Assembly (NCBI GenBank): GCA_027923505.1
Contig: BROI01000008.1
Span: forward strand, 1 to 64,000
Origin: Mayamaea pseudoterrestris
Taxonomy: Eukaryota
Length of the DNA stretch: 64,000 nt
Direction: 5' to 3'
Part shown: positions 14,601 through 25,300 of the stretch, piece by piece
How positions within the stretch are numbered: the first letter of the stretch is position 1
How the letters are laid out: the number at the start of each line of letters is the position of its first letter
Notes under the pieces: generated by a model
Seen by the model: only the letters and a program-made list of their open reading frames with translations
Told to the model about the DNA's origin: nothing
Databases searched by the model: none
Position numbers and translations under genes: made by a program

Positions 14601-17600
14601 TGCAGATACCGTGTCATCCAAACACACCTACAGCAGGCCCTGTAGGTGCCCAAATTACACCAGAATGGTGCCAACATCATTATTCAGTCTGAGCTACAAG
14701 ATGATATGCCTGGCTGGTGTCTCAGGGGATGGCAATGTATTTGGTGACAACTTGTCACCAATCTCAGCCCACAGATGCCATGACATTCAAACGCCCCTAC
14801 AGCAGGCCCTGTAGGTGCCCAAATTACACCAGAATGGTGCCAACATCATTTTTCAGGCTGCGCTACAAGATGATATGCCTGGCTGGTGTCTCAGGGGATG
14901 GCAATGTATTTGGTGACAACTTGTCACCAATCTCATCCCGCAGATGCCGTGACATCCAAACACACCTACAGCAGGTCCTGTAGGTGCCCGAATTACACCA
15001 GAATGGTGACAACATCATTCTTCCATCTGCGCTACAAGATGATATGCCTGGCTGGTGTCTCAGGGGATGGCAATGTATTTAGTGACAACTTGTCACCAAT
15101 CTCAGCCCGCAGATGCCGTGACATTCAAACGCCCCTCCAGCAGGCCCTGTAGGTGCCCAAATTACACCAGAATGGTGCCAACAATTTTTTTAGGCTGCGC
15201 TACAAGATGATATGCCTGGCTGGTGTCTCAGGGGATGGCAATGTATTTGGTGACAACTTGTCACCAATCTCAGCCCGCAGATGCCGTGACATCCAAACAC
15301 ACCTACAGCAGGCCCTGTAGGTGCCCAAATTACACCAGAATGGTGCCAACATCATTATTCAGTATGCGTTAAAAGACGATATGCCTGGCTGGTGTCTCAG
15401 GGGATGGCAATGTATTTGGTGACAACTTGTCACCAATCTCAGCCCGCAGATGCCGTGACATTCAAACACACCTACAGCAGGCCCTGTAGGTGCCCAAATT
15501 ACACCAGAATGGTGCCAACATCATTATTCAGGCTGCGCTACAAGATGATATGCCTGGCTGGTGTCTCAGGGGATGGCAATGTATTTGGTGACAACTTGTC
15601 ACCAATCTCAGCCCACAGATGTTGTGACATTCAAACACACCTACAGCAGGCCCTGTAGGTGCCCAAATTACACCAGAATGGTGCCAACATCATTTTTAAA
15701 GCTGCGCTACAAGATGATATGCATAGTTGGCGTCTTGAGGAATGGCAATGTATTTGGTGACAATATCGTGATTCAAGCCCCTCAGGGGCACTTGCCTCAA
15801 CCAGTCTGCGCTACAGCCTGGCAGGGGATGGCAATGTATTTGGTGACAACTTGTCACCAATCTCAGCCAGCCGATGCCGTGACATTCAAACGCCCTACAG
15901 CAGGCCCTGTAGGTGCCCCAATTACACTAGAATGGTGCCAACATCATTATCCAGTCTGAGCTACAAGATGATATGCCTGGCTGGTGTCTCAGGGGATGGC
16001 AATGTATTTGGTGACAACTTGTCACCAATCTCAGCCAGCCGATGCCATGACATTCAAACGCCCCTCCAGCAGGCCCTGTAGGTGCCCAAATTACACCAGA
16101 ATGGTGCCAACAATTTTTTTAGGCTGCGCTACAAGATGATATGCCTGGCTGGTGTCTCAGGGGATGGCAATGTATTTGGTGACAACTTGTCACCAATCTC
16201 ATCCCGCAGATGCCGTGACATCCAAACACACCTACAGCAGGTCCTGTAGGTGCCCGAATTACACCAGAATGGTGACAACATTATTCTTCCAGCTGTGCTA
16301 CAAGATGATATGCCTGGCTAGTGTCGCAGGGGATGGCAATGTATTTGGTGACAACTTGTCACCAATCTCAGCCCGCAGATGCCGTGACATTCAAACACAC
16401 CTACAGCAGGCCCTGTAGGTGCCCAAATTACACCAGAATGGTGCCAACATCATTTTTAAAGCTGCGCTACAAGATGATATGCATAGTTGGCGTCTTGAGG
16501 GATGGCAATGTATTTGGTGACAACTTGTCACCAATCTCAGCCCGCAGATGCCGTGACATTCAAATGCCCCTACAGCAGGCCCTGTAGGTGCCCAAATTAC
16601 ACCAGAATGGTGCCAACATCATTATTCAGGCTGCGCTACAAGATGATATGCCTGGCTGGTGTCTCAGGGGATGGCAATGTATTTGGTGACAACTTGTCAC
16701 CAGTCTCAGCCCGCTGATGCCATGACATCCAAACACGCCTACAGCAGGCCCTGTAGGTGCCCAAATTACACCAGAATGGTGCCAACATCATTATTCAGGC
16801 TGCGCTACAAGATGATATGCCTGGCTGGTGTCTCAGGGGATGGCAATGTATTTGGTGACAACTTGTCACCAGTCTCAGCCCGCTGATGCCATGACATCCA
16901 AACACGCCTACAGCAGGCCCTGTAGGTGCCCAAATTACACCAGAATGGTGCCAACATCATTATTCAGGCTGCGCTACAAGATGATATGCCTGGATGGTGT
17001 CTCAGGGGATGGCAATGTATTTGGTGACAACTTGTCACCAGTCTCAGCCCGCAGATGCCGTGACATCCAAACACAGCAGGCCCTGTAGGTGCCCAAATTA
17101 CACCAGAATGGAGCCAACATCATTATTCAGGCTGCGCTACAAGATGATATGCCTGGCTGGTGTCTCAGGGGATGGCAATGTATTTGGTGACAACTTGTCA
17201 CCAATCTCAGCCCGCAGATGCCGTGACATTCAAACGCCCCTACAGCAGGCCCTGTAGGTGCCCAAATTACACCAGAATGGTGCCAACATCATTATTCAGG
17301 CTGCGCTACAAGATGATATGCCTGGCTGGTGTCTCAGGGGATGGCAATGTATTTGGTGACAACTTGTCACCAGTCTCAGCCCGCAGATGCCGTGACATCC
17401 AAACACACCTACAGCAGGCCCTGTAGGTGCCCAAATTACACCAGAATGGTGCCAACATCATTATTCAGGCTGCGCTACAAGATGATATGCCTGGCTAGTG
17501 TCTCAGGGTTGGCAATGTATTTGGTGACAACTTGTCACCAATCTCAGCCCGCAGATGTCGTGACATTCAAACGCCCCTACAGCAGGCCCTGTAGGTGCTC

Positions 17601-18252
17601 AAATTACACCAGAATGGTGCCAACATCATTTTTTAGGCTGCGCTACAAGATGATATGCCTGGCTGGTGTCTCAGGGGATGGCAATGTATTTGGTGACAAG
17701 CTTTTCACCAATCTCAGCCCGCAGATGCCGTGACATTCAAACACACCTACAGCAGGCCCTGTAGGTGCCCAAATTACACCAGACTGGTGCCAACATCTTT
17801 TTTTAGGCTGCGCTACAAGATGATATGCCTGGCTGGTGTCTCAGGGGATGGCAATGTATTTGGTGACAACTTGTCACCAATCTCGGCCAGCAGATGCCGT
17901 GACATTCAAACACACCTACAGCAGGCCCTGTAGGTGCCCAAAATACACCAGAACGGTGCCAACATCATTATTCAGTCTCAGCTACAAGATGATATGCCTG
18001 GCTGGTGTCTCACGGGATGGCAATGTATTTGGTGACAACTTGTCACCAATCTCAGCCCACAGATGCCGTGTCATCCAAACACACCTACAGCAGGCCCTGT
18101 AGGTGCCCAAATTACACCAGAATGGTGCCAACATCATTTTTAAAGCTGCGCTACAAGATGATATGCATAGTTGGCATCTTGAGGGATGGCAATGTATTGG
18201 TGACAACTTGTCACCAGTCTCAGCCCGCAGATGCCGTGACATTCAAACGCTC
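8634..18252 (+). repeat. 169-bp tandem satellite array, ~57 monomers
   Basis: Consensus read by eye: GGTGACAACTTGTCACCAATCTCAGCCCGCAGATGCCGTGACATTCAAACGCCCCTACAGCAGGCCCTGTAGGTGCCCAAATTACACCAGAATGGTGCCAACATCATTATTCAGGCTGCGCTACAAGATGATATGCCTGGCTGGTGTCTCAGGGGATGGCAATGTATTT (169 bp, ~51% GC). ORF-track starts recur every 169 bp. Confidence 0.99.
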
Positions 18253-18282
18253 CTACTGCATACGTGTTGTGTGTCCTCATGC

Positions 18283-18501
18283 ATAGCCAGATCAGAATTT
18301 ATGGAACAAGACTATTGGGGGTAGTCTTTGAAGGCCACACACTGTAGCACCATGGAGCTGGTTACTGTGTGGAATTATGCCCTCCTAAACAACTGATGCT
18401 ACATGTGAGCTGGGAGTGACTGTTTCGCATCAATCTCACCGCATACATGACCCCAAGTATAGCCAGAACAGAATTCATGGAACAGGACTATCGGGGGTAG
18501 T
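18283..18501 (+). repeat. Subterminal ~43-bp direct repeat pair, 176 bp apart
   Basis: ATAGCCAGATCAGAATTTATGGAACAAGACTATTGGGGGTAGT at 18283 versus ATAGCCAGAACAGAATTCATGGAACAGGACTATCGGGGGTAGT at 18459. Confidence 0.85.
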
Positions 18502-19357
18502 AGGATATATCCGGACATGTCTTGTGACATTACTTGGAATACTGCAGCTGTGACGTAGATTATGTCATGGTTGTGGTGCATGCAATGACCCCTAAGGATA
18601 AACATGTAAGCTATCCCAAACACATTACTTTACTTTAGGAGTATGCTCTCAGAGAGCCATCAATTACCACTCAATTGCTGCAATCTCTAGCCTCTCCTTC
18701 TGTTTCATATAGACTAAAATTGTTGGCATCAACCCATTATATGGTTTCTTTGAAGGCCAGTGTTGTTCTTTGTGTGTCTACTGTTTGACAGTCTTTTGTG
18801 TGCGCAGAGCGCATAAAAGTCCATTCAGGCTTTGTGAAACCATTGATCCTGCCATCTCCCCACCCCGCGAATGTGTTTATTTGGTAGTCGACTGTATCAT
18901 GCAAAATACAGATGTAGCAGTTAGTTGGCATAGCTAGCCAGGCAAAAGGAGAGATTCTTGTCGTGTGATAGATTCTATCGCATCGGAACCCAATTTCTCC
19001 GCTGACGCCACGCTCTACTCTTTCGTCCACAGTGCCAAAAGGTCCGACGTAACGCGAGTCTTCCGGCCGATCCATCAATCGAAGCGAGCGTCGTCCTTCT
19101 CTGGGCACGAGCCCATGGTCGACTTGCTGTTATTCCTACTATAGAAATTAATTACGTGAATCGAATTGCTGGTGCTGAGTCGAGAAGCTTGAGAGTAGAG
19201 TTGATTGAGCGAGGCGGAACTATCTCCAATCGTCTTCCACCTTTGAAGATCAGTCGACTCGAGACTCGAGGGTCAGTCATTCTGCTGCGACTTCGAATAC
19301 AGCAATTTACGATAACAAATTCGAGGCTCTACATACTCTCATTACTATTTGAATAGC

Positions 19358-22300
19358 ATGGGATGCTCTCAGTCGAAACTTCTATCGACCGAATCGAGTC
19401 AGATTCCACTTGGAGCGGCTCGAGCAAAACCACGAGGCACCACGAGCAGCGCTGCTCCCATGACTCGCGATCGCATTGATTCTTGGGCTGTCAGTAATGG
19501 AGATGTTGCAGCAGGAGGATCAGGGGGATCGCCCCAGTCAAGTCCAATTCAGCAATTAGCAGTTACGCCGTCGGCGCCGCCAGTGCTTGCAAAGAAATCC
19601 TTTCCTCCTTCAGCTGCAGCTGCGCCGTCGGCATCTCCTCGAAAGCAGCAGCAGCAACTTCCGTTACCACAATCGCAGGCAACTGCTACAGTCATGCCAA
19701 CAGTTGAATCACAATGGAAGTTTCTGTGGGAGACGCATTCGCCTCATTTGCTTGATCCAGCCGATGTTCATTCCGTCTTGGATGCCCTGCAGTGTCGAAC
19801 CATCAACAAACTTTCCGTCGTTGACTTGACGCTACTGCAGCGACGCGTGCGCATGATTGTCAGAAACTTGACTAATACTGCCAAGCCAACGAGAGCCGTT
19901 ACATCTGTATTTGCAAATACGACAAAGACGGAAACGGAGAGTCTTTCCGTCGTGGAGAAGCATCACTTGCTTACCGAATCATTGATTGCAAAGATTCTTC
20001 CAACGAGTTTCATTACGCATAATGCTTACCAACTAATGCTGCACATGTCGGAATCACTATGGGACCGAGTCGCAAACGTGGCAGTGCTGACGGCAACCAA
20101 GGCCAAGCTCGAAATGGACGTTAACGTGAGAGCGCCCAAGCTACGCATGCCCAAGCCAAGCGTGGTGCCAGAAGTTTCGCCTCTCGCGGATCTTCCACCT
20201 GGAGTGACGCTGCAAAGTTTAACGTTCATGGTCGCCATGGCCCAGCATGGAACGCGGCAGCAAAAATTACTCTTGTTGTTTTACCTGCTGGTCGACAAGC
20301 TTGGGGAATTTCTCGACTCGCATCCAGCTGGCGGCGTTCCTACATGGTTGCTGGAAGCTGATCATGAAACTGTCATTAGTTTGGCATCGCTCACGCACTA
20401 CCACTACTACGGGCATGGAAATTACTTGCCCGTGTCGAATCTGCAAGCGCCGCCATTTTGTGCGAGCAGTTCGAGGCAGCCATTGACGATACAAAAGAGC
20501 AAGTTACGGGAATTGATACAATCTACAATATTGCCGCAGCCCTCGTCTTCGTCGTCGGTCACAGTTGTAGCAGCCGGGGTCCCGGTAGTGGATGGGCATG
20601 CCGAAATAGAAGTAAACGGCGGCTCAAGTGTATCTCCGTCTCGACGAAACTCAAAAACGTCGCAGGGAAGGGCGATGAGACGAAGCTCGGATAGTAGCAC
20701 GGTTCATGCGGAAGCTGTCGAGCCACCATCGGAACCTCAACTCTATCCCAATTCATTGCTTATGAAGCGATTGGCGGCTGTACGAGAGTTAAATGCGAAC
20801 GGAAGTTGTATTCCTGGTGCTGAAACCCTGGATGAGCATGTTTCAATTACGTCAGCCATGCTCGACAAACTCGTTCCGCCAGCTGCTGTGGCAACCAGTG
20901 ACGCATTGGAGCAACAATATGACGACAATAACCAGTCGCCGCAGCAACGAAAGCGAAGCAGCAGCAAGTTAAGCGTGCCACCAGCAAATTGCATGACGCT
21001 CCAGCAGTTTGCCACGTGGGCGGAAGAAGCGCTGGACAATGCCACACTGGCAAAACTCATGCATCAATTATTTACGACTGGCATTCTGCCAACGGCTGCA
21101 CTAGAGAAAGATATGGTGCAGGAGCAATGGCACGAATGGCAAATATGGTTTGACTACATGACGAAGCAGGACAATGTCGACAATAATAACGCGCTGGACG
21201 TTTTGACGCGAAACGTTACGGCATCACTACAAAACTCGGACTCCAGCGCTGCGTTCGGTAATGATGGAGATAAGAAGATAATTGCTCTTTTTCAAGCGCC
21301 CTGGGGAGGTATTGGAGGACTTGACGGTGGTGGTGCTTTGGGATACGGTGTAATGTACTGTATTGACAAGCACTGGTGGGACGAGTGGACCAGTTACGTT
21401 GGCTGGAGCATACTTGGGGAACGACCAAGTCACGCCTCCGGAGGGAACCGACCTGGAACTCTTTTGACGGAGCGATTGCTTTTGAACCAAGATCCATTTA
21501 TTCCTCGTGGGTCGTTGGGATCGTATGAGCACATGAGATATGGGCTACAACTGAATATCGACTACGTTGTGGTGCCGTCATGTGTGTGGGACGTACTGTA
21601 CGAGCTTTACGGCGGCGGACCACCACTGCCTCGGATTGTCAAGGCGGTAACTAACAATACGGCGGAAACTACAACGACAAGCAGCTACACAGCTGATTCT
21701 AACAACAAAGGAACGCCACGCAGTGACGAGCTCGACTCAATTATCCACGGGCTTGATTCGTCTGGCGGACGGCGAGTCACGCGATTGCCTGACACATTGA
21801 CCGTCGCAGTGCATCCTTGGATCATCCACGTGTATCTTTGTGATCCATCGCAACCATACCGGCGTGGAGTTATCGGGCTGAACTCCATTCGGGTCATGAC
21901 ACTTCCGAATTCATCACTTTGGCGGCTACTGGCAGAAGTTGTTGTCCGCTTTCCTCTGCATGCCTACAAAGCGTTTGGCGCTGATAATCGCGGAAAGGGT
22001 CGGCTGTGGAGGAAATGCGAACAGAAGGACGTCCCTGCGACACGATACGGGCCATGGAACCTTGTGTCAAAGGGCCGGCATGCGAGTATACCTTTTTCGT
22101 TGGATTTACGAGAACAGTCAGAGCAGTTTTCGGAATTAGTGTCCAACTGGAAGGAATATGCCGAAGAAGCTACGGTAGAGAGTGCTGGCTTTGTTGATGG
22201 TGACCATGTCATGTTCGAATTTGCGGTATTTCGGAACGCAGAGCTTGTATGGCCGAGAGAAGCGGCGGCCAAGGCTGGAAAAGCCCGACGTCTAGCGGAA

Positions 22301-25300
22301 GAAGATGCAAGTTTTCGCGCCATGCTTCAGGGTCTAGACGAAAAAGGATCGTTGTTACTTAAACCGGCAAAGCTGCGTGGTTTAACTTTGGATGCTATGG
22401 ATTCAGCCGGCCGATGGTACGCTGTCACTATCTTGGAGGTTGATATCATTGATGAGGAAGTAGATCATGATGGATTGGAAGGAGATGACTCTCCGTTAAG
22501 GAGACGCAACCCAACAATGGTTGCCAAGAAGAAAGTAAGTGTCGATTTCACCGAACATGGCGGCCATCAAGAGTGGATTGACGTAGAATCAGATCGTCTC
22601 GCCATGCTTGGTCGTTTTACGGCTGTCGCGGACGACCACCATACAACGACGGCTGATACGAAACTTAATGGATCAAATGTTGCAGCACTTGTTGACGTGA
22701 AATCAAAATCTGCGCCGCCAGTGAAAAAGGCACTTAATGAACCTGCAGCTGAGGTCGGAAAGGTTTGCCTCTGGCCAGGCTTTGGAGCCTGTGGACTGAC
22801 AAACCTTGGCAACACTTGTTACAGTAATGCATCAATTCAATGCATGAGTTACTTACCGGTCTTGCGCTCGTATCTGCTGAGCGGGCAGTACAAGACAGCT
22901 GGTGATCTGAACAAGGATAATCCTATCGGGACCGGAGGAAAGCTATTGGAGGAGTTTGCCGATCTTGTGCGAATGTTGTGGAGCGGCAGAGGCGGAGAGA
23001 AGTCGCCGTCAAAGTTTCGTGCTCAACTCGGAAAGTTGAAAGCTCAATTTGCCGGCGCTGATCAGCAAGACACGCAGGAGTTTTTGATCTACATACTGGA
23101 TATGTTGCACGAAGACAGCAACAAGGTTCGAAAAAAACCTATGGTAGAAGGTGTCGAGGATGATTGGGTCAAAAGCACAGGTCTATCCCGTGTTGGCGAC
23201 GAAGCGCTGCGGAGATTTTTACGACGAAGCCGCTCCATCATGACGGATGTTGCCATGGGACAAGAACTTAATACAGTGACGTGCCCAGTTTGCTCGTTCA
23301 CGAGCAAAAAATTTGAATCTTTTAATCTACTTTCTGTCCCGATCCCCACCGTGGCGGAAGTCATCTTCAAGTGTACTGTATTTCGAAGAGCAACGGCAAT
23401 GAACTGTCCGTGGGTTCTTGATAGGCCGCGCCGAGGCAACAACGACTCGAGACGATTAGCTCGGAAGGCAAATCATCGTTCAGAGACATGCGTTGCGGAA
23501 GAATACATACTTGCGATGTCCAGGCTAGCGGATCTGGGGGACATCCGATTAAAACTGCAAAATGCTTGTGGGATCCCTGCACATCTATTGCGTCTTTGCC
23601 GAGTGGAGGAACATGAAGGAGAGACGGATGCCACCCAAGACCGTCGAATGAAGATAACTCTATTGGTTGACAAGGATGCTCCCTGCAGCCAGCTCGCGAG
23701 GAAGCTCGCACCTGGCGAGAAAGGTCCAGTACCTCCCACAAATATCGTGGCATTCGAATCTACTTTAAGATCACGTCCAATTCTCCCAGCGGAGTCGAAA
23801 GACGAAGCTCTTGAGGATACAGCGGACGAGGATGAGGAACAAGAGACTGATGAATTTCAACATCACCTAACACCCTCTCTCAGAGAACAAGCCGAGATCG
23901 AGACGTACATTAAAGTATATGGCGACGATGTGGAATGCCGCCTGGTCGATACAAATCCACTCGTTATCGCTAAGGCTGTGTCGCGCAGCCTATGGCCACA
24001 ATTGGAATGCGAGCTTAAAGTTGGTCTTCGAGTTGATGCTAAAGATCAGCGAGGCAACTGGTTTCCTGGCGCCGTGATTGAGCTTCTTAGCGGCGACACC
24101 AACGCGTCAAAGGCTGGCAACGTAGCCGGACAGCCAACGAGAGTACGCGTACATTTTGATAATTTTGGTTCAAAATGGGACGAGCATTATAAAGTCGAAG
24201 ACTTCAACGAAGGGAGAGTACGGCCTTTGTATGCGCACTCCATTCCACGGCCGAAACCGACCGAGTTTTTGGTATATCACCGCCGGATGGATCGAATAAC
24301 AGGAGAACCCATCAGTTTTGGACATCCTTTCTATGTGCAGTGTCACAATGATTGGAGCAACGCCAGAGCTGGAGCGCATATTCTTGCGCAGGCCTCTAGG
24401 TTTCTTTGCCAGCAAAACTATCCGAAAGGTCCGATAGATCTCGACGTTAACACGTCGGCTGACACCGAAGGAAAAGTGCGCCGCGCATACGAACGGACTC
24501 AGTCAGTCGTTTCGGATATGATCGATCTTCTAATTGCCTGCGATCGAGAGTATATTCGCCTCGCATTGGGAATCTCAGAGCATAACACAGATGTTGAAAA
24601 GGACAGCCCTTTCCGGAATCCCTCGTTCGATCCGATAACACTCTCCGGTGTGTTAGGGAAGAAACTCGAGGTGATGCAACACAAGCTACCTTTTGAATTA
24701 CGAGTGGGTACACTTGACGGAGGTAACGGGGACACAAAGGAATTTGGGCCAGTGGATGAAGTACCCTATCCTTTCACTCTAGTAAGAACCATAGGCAACT
24801 ACCTCAATGCAAAGCATCATGTCATCCTTCAGTGGCGCGAGCCTCCCGTTGATAGGAAGGCAGGAACATCTCGGACCTTTTTCAGCTCGCCAGTGATGTA
24901 CAGTGAACCCATTATTTTCATTGATCAAGCTAGCGCGAGGGATCACCAGGAGAGAATAAAGTCAAGTCAAGAACTTGAGGCCTTTGGCGGACTTGGTCAA
25001 GCTGGCATTGATCTGGGCGTATGCTTGACTCAATTTTGCAAGGTCCAAAGCCTCCCTATCACCGAGAACTGGCGCTGTCCTCGTTGCAAAGAGTATCGGG
25101 AGGGGCAGCAGTCCATGAACATATGGCGATTTCCAGACCTTTTAACTATTCACATCAAGAGGTTCAACATGTCGGCGCGATGGCGAGAGAAAATTACGAC
25201 TAAGGTGAACTTTCCCTTAACTGGTTTGGATATGAGCAAATGGTTCCATACGGAGTCACCACTTGCGCAAATCAAGTCCGATGATTCCAACATTTTTGAC

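Larger units (their letters stand above)
8586..18592. mobile_element. Putative non-autonomous TIR element (45-bp imperfect inverted repeats) enclosing the 169-bp satellite array
   Basis: 8586-8630 (GGGGTCATTGCATGCGCCCAAAGCTTGACATCATCCGTGTCGCAG) matches the reverse complement of 18548-18592 (GGGGTCATTGCATGCACCACAACCATGACATAATCTACGTCACAG) at 35/45 positions, with the outer 15 bp identical. No transposase ORF and no clear target-site duplication. Confidence 0.55.

Noticed and set aside
8634..18252. CRISPR array (palindromic repeats at regular spacing)
   Set aside because: Sequence between the palindromes is itself repeated, so there are no unique spacers. No cas genes are present and the context is eukaryotic.
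8558..18324. Dozens of 60-134 aa ORFs (MSQGMAMYLVTTCHQ...) as a repeat-protein gene family
   Set aside because: They are by-products of a 169-bp unit (not a multiple of 3) cycling through frames, with a stop in each unit and mostly non-ATG starts.
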